From Gemmata obscuriglobus (GTDB lineage: Bacteria; Planctomycetota; Planctomycetia; Gemmatales; Gemmataceae), in contig NZ_CP042911.1 of NCBI RefSeq assembly GCF_008065095.1, positions 4,410,001 through 4,442,000 on the forward strand: a stretch of DNA of 32,000 nucleotides, read 5' to 3'. The notes beneath the pieces were generated by a model. That model made no database searches. It was given only the letters and a program-made list of their open reading frames with translations, and was not told the DNA's origin. This document shows positions 7,998 to 15,802 of the stretch, piece after piece. The stretch's first letter is position 1. Each line of letters starts with the position of its first letter. Position numbers and translations under genes: made by a program.

Positions 7998-9680
7998 ATG
8001 CCCGGCGCCGCCACCCAGCCCCGCACCGCGACCCAGCCCCGCTACTACATGCTCCGCGACGTGAACCTGTTCGCGTCGGGGGTGTACCGCGGCCGGCGCT
8101 GGTTCCCGCACTGGGTGCGGAACATGGCCGAGGCCGGGCGCAAGCTCGGCCCGGGCGGCGCGAAGCTGCACACCCCGCCAGCGGCCCCCGGGCACGAGGA
8201 CGACGAGGGGTGGCGCGAGTTCGTCCCGACCGACGAGCCCGCGGCCGGGTGGGTCGACCCCAACAGCCTCCGCGCCGTCCCGGACCCGCAGCACGCGGGC
8301 CACGTGATCCTCAAGGGGAACGTGGTCAACGTGCCCGAGGCGATGGCCCGGAAGATCGAGAGCGGCGAGTACCGGTTCGGCTCGGCCGAGATCTACGACT
8401 CGTTCCTCGACGACTTCGGCCGCAAGTACGGCAAGGTGCTGCGCAAGTTCAGCTACCTCGGCGGCGAGGTGCCCCAGGTGAAGCGCCTGGGGCCGCTCCC
8501 GCGGCCCGAGCCGATGCCCGCGCCGATGCGGTTCAGCGAGCGCCCCGGGGTGCGGATCCGGGAGCACACCGTCCGGGGCCGCCGCGGCGCCCTGATCACC
8601 TTCGCGGAGACGAGCAGAATGGACCGCCAGTCGATGATCGCCGCGATCCAGGCGGACATGCCCGGGATCAGCCAGTCCACCCTCGACGCGATGACCGACG
8701 AGGCACTCGCGGACCTGGTCAAGAACCTCCCCACCGGGGCCGGAACTCCGACGCCGCCGGCGAACCCCGCCCCCGCGCCGGCCACCGGGATGTTCGCCGA
8801 GCCGAGCCGCGAGGAGATGATCGCCGCCCTGGTGGACGAGGGCGAGGACGCGGCCGAGCTCGAGGGGATGAGCGACGAGGAGCTCGGCGCCCTGTACGAG
8901 GAAGTGATCGGCGAAAGCACCGAGACCGAGGGCGAGGGCGAGGAACCCGTTGAGACGATGGCGGACCCGGCGGCCGTGACCCGCGAGGAGATGATCGCGG
9001 ACCTGGTGGCGCAGGGGCAGGACGCGGCCGCGCTCGACGCCATGCCCGACGACCAGCTCCGCGCCCTGTACGCCCAGCTCACCGCCGACCCGCCCGCACC
9101 GCCCGCGGCCCCCGCGCCGGCCCCGGCCGCCGTCCCGATGAGCGAGCCGCGGCGCAAACCCAGGCCCAAACCCGCCACCCGCAGGGGCGTCACCGTGAAC
9201 AGCGAACTCGCGATCAAGGCGAAGCGGCTGAACGCCGCGTTGGACAACGAGTTGTCTCGGCTCCGCGTCAGCAACGAGCGGCGGAAGCGCGACGACGCGA
9301 CGAAGTTCTGCGACCAGCTCGTCTCCGAGGGCCGGGCCACCCCGGCCCAGGTGACGGCCGCGTACCTGCCGCTCTTGCTCGGGCTCGACGACACCCGGGC
9401 CGTCCACCGGTTCACCGAGAACGGCCGGACCCGCAACCTCACCGCCTACGAGGCCCGCAAGGCCCAGCTCGCGCAGATGCCGGTGACGGTCAAGTTCGGC
9501 GAGCGGTTCGCCGCCGGCCCGCCCGCCGGCGAGTTCAGCGGCGAGGCCGAGCTGGCCAAGGTGAAGCAGTTCGCCGCCGCGGCCGTGCCCGAGTCCCACC
9601 GCGAGCAGTACGTGACCAGCTTCGCCGAGCTGCAGAAGAAGAAGCCGCGGATCACGGCCAAGGAGTACGGGGCGCGCTGA
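7998..9680 (+). CDS. Mu gpI-like prohead protease/scaffold protein, with an acidic repeat-containing scaffold-like C-terminal half
   Basis: Position between MuF and the major head gene. The N-terminal block ...KIESGEYRFGSAEIYDSF...LRKFSYLGGEVPQVKRLG resembles the Mu-like prophage I protein as I remember it. The C-terminal half is acidic and helical, with three about 35-aa repeats (R-E-E-M-I-A-x-L-V...L-x-A-L-Y). A nested in-frame scaffold product, as in Mu I/Z, is possible. Confidence 0.7.
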   Translation: MPGAATQPRTATQPRYYMLRDVNLFASGVYRGRRWFPHWVRNMAEAGRKLGPGGAKLHTPPAAPGHEDDEGWREFVPTDEPAAGWVDPNSLRAVPDPQHAGHVILKGNVVNVPEAMARKIESGEYRFGSAEIYDSFLDDFGRKYGKVLRKFSYLGGEVPQVKRLGPLPRPEPMPAPMRFSERPGVRIREHTVRGRRGALITFAETSRMDRQSMIAAIQADMPGISQSTLDAMTDEALADLVKNLPTGAGTPTPPANPAPAPATGMFAEPSREEMIAALVDEGEDAAELEGMSDEELGALYEEVIGESTETEGEGEEPVETMADPAAVTREEMIADLVAQGQDAAALDAMPDDQLRALYAQLTADPPAPPAAPAPAPAAVPMSEPRRKPRPKPATRRGVTVNSELAIKAKRLNAALDNELSRLRVSNERRKRDDATKFCDQLVSEGRATPAQVTAAYLPLLLGLDDTRAVHRFTENGRTRNLTAYEARKAQLAQMPVTVKFGERFAAGPPAGEFSGEAELAKVKQFAAAAVPESHREQYVTSFAELQKKKPRITAKEYGAR

Positions 9681-9741
9681 GCCCCGCCGCCGGTGCCGGC
9701 GCCCGCACCCCTCCGACCACCACTTAACCGGGAGCGATCCT

Positions 9742-10515
9742 GTGGCCAACGCAACCGACCGGGTCAAGAAGCGCGTCGTCCGCATCCAGGACCGGTTCAT
9801 CCGCCGGTCCTCGGAGACGCTGGGCGCCGCCACCCGGTACTACCAGCACGCCCTCGTCGGCACCGACGTGACCGGGTACCTGTGCAAGGGCGACGACAGC
9901 CAGTCCTGGGTGTTCGCCGGCGTGGTCCGGGGCAACGAGGGGAACCCGCTGCTCCCGGCCGGCACCGCCGGGACCCCCGAGCTCGACCTCGACATCGAGA
10001 TGCCGTACCGGCTCGAGGTGTCGATCGCCGGGGTGGCGGTCACCGACCTCGGCAAGAAGGTGTACGCGCTCGACGACCAGACCGGCACCCTGAGCGCCGC
10101 GGCCACCACGTTCGGCAACTTCATCGGCCACGTGGTCGAGATCGTGGCCCCGGGCATCGCGCTGGTCGAGCTGTGCTACGACGGGGTCGCCGCGCACGCC
10201 CGGTACGGCGTCACCCGGGTGCTGGCCGCGACCGGCGCCCAGAGCCTCACCCGGTGCGACCTGAACAAGGTCATCATCGTCCCCAACACGGCGGCGTACA
10301 CGATCACCCTGCCGGCCGTGGCCGACACCCAGGCCGGGGACCGGCTCACGTTCGTCAAGACCACCGCCGACGCGGCCGCCGCGACCCTCGACGGGAACGC
10401 CGCCGAGACCATCGACAACGGCGCCACCCTGGCGACCATCGACGCCCGCTACGACTGCGCCGAGCTGGTCTCGACCGGCACCGAGTGGGTCGTGCTGAAC
10501 CGCGACATCGCGTAA
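9742..10515 (+). CDS. Putative head decoration/cement protein (DUF2190-like N-terminal half plus an extra beta-rich C-terminal domain)
   Basis: GTG 9742 with GGGAG upstream. Located between the scaffold and major head genes. The N-terminal pattern VFAGVV...LEVSIAGVAV...GKKVYALDD...GNFIGHVVEIVAPGIALVEL resembles DUF2190-type cement proteins, from memory. Confidence 0.55.
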   Translation: MANATDRVKKRVVRIQDRFIRRSSETLGAATRYYQHALVGTDVTGYLCKGDDSQSWVFAGVVRGNEGNPLLPAGTAGTPELDLDIEMPYRLEVSIAGVAVTDLGKKVYALDDQTGTLSAAATTFGNFIGHVVEIVAPGIALVELCYDGVAAHARYGVTRVLAATGAQSLTRCDLNKVIIVPNTAAYTITLPAVADTQAGDRLTFVKTTADAAAATLDGNAAETIDNGATLATIDARYDCAELVSTGTEWVVLNRDIA

Positions 10516-10556
10516 CCGCCCCGCCCACCCGCAAGCCCCAAGCCGGAGACGTCCCC

Positions 10557-11516
10557 GTGGAAGTGACCCAGTTCACCGCGCTGGCCCGCGCCGAGTTCGC
10601 CAAGGGCAAGCTGGCCGCCGACGAGAAGCCGTTCCCGGCCAACCACGAGCCGTTCACGTTCCGCCTCGACAGCAAGTCGAAGGTCGAGACGCACACGTAC
10701 ATGTCGAACCTGCCGCGGCTCACCGAGTTCAAGGGGTACACCCCGTTCGCGCGGCTGGTGAACAAGGAGTACACGGTCGCCAACAAGACGTTCCGGGTCG
10801 GCGTGTCGGTCAAGAAGGAGGACGTGGACGACGACCAGACGGGCGGGTACATGAGCACCATCCAGGGGCTCCCCACCCGGGCCAAGAAGGACACCGGGCA
10901 CCTGATCCTGGCGCACCTCGCGGCCGGGGCCAGCACCAAGTGCTTCGACGGCACCAACTTCTTCGCCAACAGCCACCTGTTCGGCACCGGCGACAACCTG
11001 GACACGTTCGACGCCGCGTCCAACGACGGGCAGACGCACAAGATCATCGCCCTGATCACCGACAACCCGGTGGTCAAGCCGGTGCTGTTCCAGGACCGCG
11101 AGCCGTTGAGCGCGCTGGACACCGACGCGGACGAGGCCAACGCCCGGAAGCAGAAGGAGTACGAGTACTGGGTGGACTGCCGGTTCGGGCTCGGGTACGG
11201 GTTCTGGTGGGACGCGATCCAGCTCACCATCAGCGACACCCCGACGGTGGCCGAGTGCTACGCCATCGTCGAGCAGCTGATCAACGGGTTCCGGTCGTTC
11301 AAGCTGCCCAAGGCCAACGACGTGGACGACGAGCTGTTCGTGCACGAGGGCTGGGACCCGGCCCCGGGGAACCTGGTGCTGGCGTGCAACCTGAAGCTCG
11401 GCATCATCCTCAAGCGGGCCCTGGCGCTCACCCAGTACACCGCCCCGGGCGGCAACGTGGACAACGTGTACAAGGACGTGGCCACCGTGCTCCCGACCAG
11501 CGCGCTCGGCGCCTGA
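10557..11516 (+). CDS. Major head (capsid) protein, Mu gpT-like family
   Basis: GTG 10557 with GGAG 8 nt upstream. The block LPRLTEFKGYTPFARLVNKEYTVANKTFRVGVSVKKEDVDDDQTGGY...CFDGTNFFANSHLFG parallels Mu gpT (REWIGDR..K.L....Y.I.N..FE.TV.V...DIEDD..G.Y....CYDGQNFFDTDHP), as I recall it. Confidence 0.9.
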   Translation: MEVTQFTALARAEFAKGKLAADEKPFPANHEPFTFRLDSKSKVETHTYMSNLPRLTEFKGYTPFARLVNKEYTVANKTFRVGVSVKKEDVDDDQTGGYMSTIQGLPTRAKKDTGHLILAHLAAGASTKCFDGTNFFANSHLFGTGDNLDTFDAASNDGQTHKIIALITDNPVVKPVLFQDREPLSALDTDADEANARKQKEYEYWVDCRFGLGYGFWWDAIQLTISDTPTVAECYAIVEQLINGFRSFKLPKANDVDDELFVHEGWDPAPGNLVLACNLKLGIILKRALALTQYTAPGGNVDNVYKDVATVLPTSALGA

Positions 11517-11549
11517 CCCGGGGCCGCCCTTCGCACCCGAGGAGCCGCC

Positions 11550-12026
11550 GTGCCCACCTTCGTCAGCGACGAGCAGCTCCGCGCCCAGGTCACCGCGGCC
11601 AACGCCATGCGGGACGCGGCGCTCCCGGACCACTGGGACGCGCTCCTGCCGACGGCGAACCAGCGCGGGTACAACGACGTCCGCCGCATCATGCGCGGCC
11701 GCGGCATGACCGGCGCCGAGTTCGCCCTGTTCGGGGCCGACGCGACCACCGAGGGGTACGACTGGAACCTGCGGTTCGCGGTCGTGCACGCCTTCCTCGA
11801 GGCGTGCCGCTCGGACCCCGAGGCCGTCGCCGCGTTCCGCCAGGAGCTGGCCGACCTCACGGAGGACCTCGCCGGGGCCGACGTGATGCTGGGCGACGAC
11901 GTGTGGGCGCCCGCACCCGGGTCCGCGCGGATCTCGTGCGGCGACTCCGACACGTCGGGCGACCGGTTCCGGCTGGACGATCCGGACGACGGGCGGTTCT
12001 CCTTCGGGGACGGCACGAGGCTGTAG
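11550..12026 (+). CDS. Hypothetical protein (158 aa). By position it is a head completion/connector candidate.
   Basis: GTG 11550 with GAGGAG upstream. G/C-rich third codon positions. It sits between the major head and gpG-like genes. No family recognised. Confidence 0.6.
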   Translation: MPTFVSDEQLRAQVTAANAMRDAALPDHWDALLPTANQRGYNDVRRIMRGRGMTGAEFALFGADATTEGYDWNLRFAVVHAFLEACRSDPEAVAAFRQELADLTEDLAGADVMLGDDVWAPAPGSARISCGDSDTSGDRFRLDDPDDGRFSFGDGTRL

Positions 12027-12028
12027 CG

Positions 12029-12637
12029 ATGGCCGGGCTGGTGCTGAGCTTCGCGGACCTGGCCCGGGCGGCGCGACAGCCCGCCGCGGGGCCGCTCGCG
12101 CTCCCGGCCGTCGCGCCGCTCGACGCGCCGACGGGCCGCGAGCTGGTGCAGATCCTCGTCTCGGACGTGAAGCGGCGGTTCGCCACCGGCACCGCCCCCG
12201 ACGGCACGCCCTGGCGGCCGCTCCGGTACGGCCGGGCGTTCCGGGGCGGCGGCACCGCCCAGCCGCTCCGCGACACCGGGGCGCTGATGGCCAGCTTCAC
12301 CGGGCGGTTCACCGGCGACGAGGTCGTCGTCGGCACCAACCACCCCGGGGCCGCGCTGCACAACTTCGGCGGGACCGTGGTGCCCCGGAAGGGCAAGTTC
12401 CTGGCGATCGCCCTGACCGCCGCGGCGCGACGCGCGGGCTCCCCGCGGAACCTGCGCGGCACGGCCCGCGAGCCGCTGTTCGCCCGCCGGGTGAACGGCC
12501 GGCTGGTGGGGCACTTCCTGCTCGTGAAGAAGGCCGTGGTGCCGCGGCGCGAGTTCATGGGCGTGAGCGAGCCGGGGGCGACCGCGGCGGCCGCGGCCCT
12601 GGCCGAGAGCGCCGCCCGCAAGTGGCTGCAAACGTGA
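12029..12637 (+). CDS. Phage virion morphogenesis protein (Mu gpG-like / Phage_tail_S family)
   Basis: ATG lies 2 nt after the upstream stop. The pattern LVQILVSDVKRRFATGTAPDGTPWRPL...PLRDTGALMASFTG...VVVGTNHPGAALHNFGGTV...KFLAI is typical of gpG-like morphogenesis proteins, from memory. Confidence 0.8.
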   Translation: MAGLVLSFADLARAARQPAAGPLALPAVAPLDAPTGRELVQILVSDVKRRFATGTAPDGTPWRPLRYGRAFRGGGTAQPLRDTGALMASFTGRFTGDEVVVGTNHPGAALHNFGGTVVPRKGKFLAIALTAAARRAGSPRNLRGTAREPLFARRVNGRLVGHFLLVKKAVVPRREFMGVSEPGATAAAAALAESAARKWLQT

Positions 12638-12645
12638 GGTAGCAC

Positions 12646-12930
12646 ATGCCCGCCGACCGGCACAAGGACACCGGGCTCGACGCCCCGGGGGACATCGGCA
12701 TCGCGGTGGTCCCGAGCGACACCACGGACCTGCCCAACGGCCCGTGCCGCGCGTTCGACGTGGGCACCGCGGGCGACGTGCGGGTGATCTTCGCGTCCGA
12801 CGCGAGCAACGGCGGCACCGGCACGCCCGTGACGCTCAAGAACCGGGCGGCCGGGATGCCGTACCCGTACCGGGTGCGGCGCGTCCTGGCGACCGGCACC
12901 ACGGGCGGCGACATCACCGCGATCTACTGA
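12646..12930 (+). CDS. Small beta-rich protein resembling the GTA head 'spike base' protein family (RCAP_rcc01079-like)
   Basis: GLDAPGDIGIAVVPSDTTDLPNGPCRAFDVGTAGDVRVIF...PVTLKNRAAGMPYPYRVRRVLATGTTGGDITAIY follows the pattern I remember for that family (I-x-P-S-D-x-x-D-L...RA.YVG.AGD..V...V.F.....G..LP.RV.RV.ATGTTA). GAGG lies upstream of ATG 12646. Confidence 0.55.
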   Translation: MPADRHKDTGLDAPGDIGIAVVPSDTTDLPNGPCRAFDVGTAGDVRVIFASDASNGGTGTPVTLKNRAAGMPYPYRVRRVLATGTTGGDITAIY

Positions 12931-12942
12931 GCGGGGGCGGCG

Positions 12943-13740
12943 GTGAATCTGAGCCTGGGGTTATCGCTGACATCGACCCGACGGCGCAGCGGGCTGGTCA
13001 ACCCGCTCGCGTTCCTGGGCGCGGCCTGCTACGCGCTGTTGGTCGCGTGGATGCGCGTCAACGGGCTGCTGTGGCAGGACCTGGCCCGCACGATCCCGGC
13101 CGTCTCGCACCTGGACCCGGTGCGGGTGGCGGTGTGGCCCTTCGGCCCGCTCGGTGAGGTGGTGTTTACGGCCCCTTCTGACGCCGCGCGCCCGCTGCTG
13201 TACTTCGAGGGCGGGTTGTTGTGGTCGCTGAGCTTCGACGGGGTGGACGATTGCCTTGTCGCCAACGCGAATCTTCCCACCCCATCCGGTCAGGCGGTTA
13301 CCGTTGGGGCGCGTAGCAATCGATCAATCAAATCAGGCGGTACATCGATACTCTACGGCTCAAATGCGGTCGGAGGTGATTTGCGCGGGCACCACGTCCG
13401 TAGCCCACCGGGCTCGACCGGTAGCGGGTCGCACATTTACGGCGCGGGTGGATCGCAGTTAGCTACAGCCTATCTCACCGGAGACACAACGGGCGCCAAT
13501 ACGATCGTAGTGGAATACGACAACGCGTTGTCGCAGACTAGAATTTCATTCAACGGCGGGACGCCTGTTGTTGGTAACTGGGTCGGCGCTCCCTTCCCGA
13601 CTTCCAATCAATTGAATATTGGTGCGGAAGCGGGTTTAAATAATTACCTGGGTAGGACTTCCGGGTTCTCTCTTCTGTCCGGTTCGCTCCTGAGTGCCGG
13701 AACCAAATCGGCCCTCGAAGCCTATCTCGGAGGGCTGTAG
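12943..13740 (+). CDS. LamG/concanavalin-A-like lectin-fold protein (Laminin_G_3-like). Candidate head-spike fibre or sense-strand moron.
   Basis: GTG 12943. The pattern FDGVDDCLV...TVGAR...GTPVVGNW...NQLNIGAEAGLNNYLGRTSGFSLLSGSL...ALEAYL is typical LamG_3 architecture. The N-terminal 40 aa are hydrophobic (LVNPLAFLGAACYALLVAWM). From about 13250 onward GC and codon usage drop markedly. Confidence 0.7.
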   Translation: MNLSLGLSLTSTRRRSGLVNPLAFLGAACYALLVAWMRVNGLLWQDLARTIPAVSHLDPVRVAVWPFGPLGEVVFTAPSDAARPLLYFEGGLLWSLSFDGVDDCLVANANLPTPSGQAVTVGARSNRSIKSGGTSILYGSNAVGGDLRGHHVRSPPGSTGSGSHIYGAGGSQLATAYLTGDTTGANTIVVEYDNALSQTRISFNGGTPVVGNWVGAPFPTSNQLNIGAEAGLNNYLGRTSGFSLLSGSLLSAGTKSALEAYLGGL

Positions 13741-13742
13741 CG

Positions 13743-14087
13743 GTGCCAGCCGTTTACGTTATCGCAATCGTCCCCGCTGGCACCCGCGACCTCGCGGAAG
13801 CAGCCGTATCGCCCTACCTGACCTCGCCACCGGCCGCAGGTGCCTATTCGTTCGCGGCCCCCCTCGTGCCATTCCCCGGCCCGGCAAGCGCGGCCCCCAC
13901 CGCCTACGGCTGCTGCGCCCCGTGCGGCCCGGAGACGGTGGCGGCGCTCGGCGGGCTCACGGCCGCGATCCCGGGCAGCGCGGCGCATACAGTCGATCCC
14001 GCTGTGTACGACCGCGAGACGCACGTGATCGCGTGGCTCGCGGCCCGTGGGTATCAGCCGCAGGTTCTGGAGCCGGTGCCGGTGTGA
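13743..14087 (+). CDS. Hypothetical protein (114 aa)
   Basis: GTG 13743 with GGAGGG 9 nt upstream, 2 nt after the previous stop. Moderately G/C-rich third codon positions. No family recognised. Confidence 0.5.
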   Translation: MPAVYVIAIVPAGTRDLAEAAVSPYLTSPPAAGAYSFAAPLVPFPGPASAAPTAYGCCAPCGPETVAALGGLTAAIPGSAAHTVDPAVYDRETHVIAWLAARGYQPQVLEPVPV

Positions 14088-14124
14088 CGGCCGCTCTCAT
14101 CGCCTCGCCCCACCGGAAGGACCC

Positions 14125-14604
14125 ATGCCCATCACCGATTACCACGTGCTGATCCGCGACGCCGTCCGAGCGGCGCTCCAGGCCGCCACCGACGCGCTCG
14201 CCACCGAACTCGCCGCGCAGCCGCTCCCGTGGCACGCGGTGGACGAGCTCGACGACGCCGCGCGGCTCACCCGCCCGTGCGGGGTCGTGTGTTGCGTCGG
14301 CCCGGAGCAGGAGCGCCCGGAGTTCGGCACCAATCGCCAGGACGGCCGCGGCTACCCGGTCGCGGTGATGCTGCTCGGCAGCGGGAAGAGCCACGGCGAG
14401 AAGCACACCGGGCCGACGGACCTCACGGGGTTCAGGAGATTGGTGACGACGACGCTCAACCGCCAGCGGCTCGCCGGCGTCGCCCAGGTCGCGGTGTGCG
14501 AGGTGGGCGACAGCGGGCCGATCGTGGACGAGAAGGCGCCGCTGTTCCAGGTGCTCGCAACGGCGCTGGTGGTGAGCTGCGTGGGTCGGTTCCCGCGGGG
14601 GTGA
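14125..14604 (+). CDS. Hypothetical protein (159 aa). By position it is a neck/tail-terminator candidate.
   Basis: ATG 14125 follows GGAAGGA. It is the last + strand gene before the tail tube module. Its size and layout are compatible with DUF3168/gpU-like tail completion proteins, but I cannot verify this. Confidence 0.55.
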   Translation: MPITDYHVLIRDAVRAALQAATDALATELAAQPLPWHAVDELDDAARLTRPCGVVCCVGPEQERPEFGTNRQDGRGYPVAVMLLGSGKSHGEKHTGPTDLTGFRRLVTTTLNRQRLAGVAQVAVCEVGDSGPIVDEKAPLFQVLATALVVSCVGRFPRG

Positions 14605-14699
14605 GTGGAGTGGCTTCTGTGCGGCTGCTCAGGAATCCCATCTGTATACTTATAAAATATTCACATTTGTTGAACTTATTTGATAATAATTTATTGGAT

Positions 14700-15731
14700 T
14701 TATTGTCTTCTTGGTGCGGCATAATTGCAATTTATGAGCGTGTGCAATAAATCTTGAACAGATCGTAAAAGTGTTAAGGCTTTATTGCGCTGTTCTTGAG
14801 AATTGTTGGGTTGGGTTGTTGACGAGGCGCCAACTGATGCTAGCGCGTAAGATGGGCCGGGTCGAGCGCCTTCCAGGATGCTCAGCAGTTCCGCGCGGGC
14901 TTCGCTAGCTTCGGAACTTGGGTCGATATGCAATTTGATTTTTGAAACGAAATCCTCAACTCGTTTTCGCGTCTCCTCAAGGCGGGTAGCATGCGCCCAT
15001 TGTCCTGGTGGGCTTTCGCTGATTGTGCTGATCATACTGGCTACGTGTTGGACCATTTCGCTTGCTTCGAGCCTGATTTGCTGCTCTGGCCTAAAGAGGG
15101 TCGAATTTTTGGCCATATCCTCGCGGGCAAGGAGAAAAATGGCCGAGGCCAATTCCTGCTTCACCGCTTTCGGGTCGCCGTCCCCCATACCCCGGTTCGA
15201 TCCGGTAGCCTGCCCAACTGAGTTGTAGTGCTCCCACAAGGCCGAGAGCGCGCCGATGAGGGCCGTACGTGACGCTGTGTCCGCTTGACGTGCGGCTTCG
15301 GTTCGGGCGAGCCTCATTTCTTCTTGTGTTTCAGCCAATGACTTTCTCTGCAACCACATCGTGTAAATCAGCACAGCTAGAGCGAGCGCCGAAAACAGCG
15401 CATTGATCGCGCCGAACATGTCCCCGAACTGACCGCGAGCGGCGTGGGCTCTGTCGATAGCTTGGGCCTTCGCAGAGACACGCTCTTTCTCGACCGATGT
15501 CGCATTCGGGTCCGTAACGATTAGTGATTCATCCGGCTTGAAGGCATTTACGATCAACGCCCAATAGACCCCCCAGGCCAACACAACGATGAATGCTGTC
15601 GCAAAGAAAAACAGCAGGGGTGCATTGTGCGCGGTTGGGCGATTCGTCTCAGCCACTTGGTAACCCTCGTATTGAGTCAGCACTTTCGCGCGCACGCGGG
15701 CTTGCGCCAACTCCGTTTCCCCAACTTTCAT
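14700..15731 (-). CDS. Two-TM membrane protein with an about 210-aa helical C-terminal domain; antisense moron 2 in an AT-rich island
   Basis: TM1 is LLFFFATAFIVVLAWGVYWALIV and TM2 is FGAINALFSALALAVLIYTMW, followed by a charged helical tail. GC and codon usage differ strongly from the rest of the window, with many A/T-ending codons. The start is ATG 15731 (inside 21-nt box copy 2) or GTG 15752. No family recognised. Confidence 0.7.
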   Translation of the reverse strand: MKVGETELAQARVRAKVLTQYEGYQVAETNRPTAHNAPLLFFFATAFIVVLAWGVYWALIVNAFKPDESLIVTDPNATSVEKERVSAKAQAIDRAHAARGQFGDMFGAINALFSALALAVLIYTMWLQRKSLAETQEEMRLARTEAARQADTASRTALIGALSALWEHYNSVGQATGSNRGMGDGDPKAVKQELASAIFLLAREDMAKNSTLFRPEQQIRLEASEMVQHVASMISTISESPPGQWAHATRLEETRKRVEDFVSKIKLHIDPSSEASEARAELLSILEGARPGPSYALASVGASSTTQPNNSQEQRNKALTLLRSVQDLLHTLINCNYAAPRRQ

Positions 15732-15752
15732 CCGGGCAACCCGCCCCCGCAC
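15726..15752 (+). promoter_or_regulatory. Conserved 21-nt box, copy 2 (TTTCATCCGGGCAACCCGCCC, plus CCGCAC)
   Basis: Same orientation as the other copies. The CAT is 74 nt upstream of the tail tube ATG 15803. CCAACTC lies 12 nt upstream here and 13 nt upstream at copy 1. Confidence 0.6.
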
Positions 15753-15802
15753 ACTAAAGCCTCACCGGGCCGCGTGTTCCGCTTGGGGGTGAGGGCGCTA
15801 CG

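Noticed and set aside
7962-8000. Reading the 21-nt box as coding. It translates as HPGNP in frame with the downstream genes at copies 1 and 3.
   Set aside because: At copy 2 the box is out of frame with the tube gene. The in-frame appearance at copies 1 and 3 simply follows from the identical 33-nt spacing. The upstream parts of those ORFs run antisense through other genes.
7881-9833. Long - strand ORFs antisense to the structural genes (7881..9833, 10449..11789, 17249..18349, 20187..22553, 22210..24318, 25904..28645)
   Set aside because: All are Arg/Gly/Pro-rich with long runs such as RRRR/GGGG. They lie opposite genes with clear homology or operon logic, and they lack plausible starts or RBS. 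They are GC-driven open frames.
12943-13740. Diversity-generating retroelement targeting the LamG/lectin-like gene
   Set aside because: I found no reverse transcriptase gene and no template-repeat copy of the 3' end of the gene anywhere in the window. The compositional shift is better explained by domain swapping.
15732-15752. GTG 15752 as the start of the two-TM moron
   Set aside because: It would add MRGRVAR, encoded entirely by the conserved 21-nt box. ATG 15731 is preferred, but the choice is not resolvable from sequence alone.
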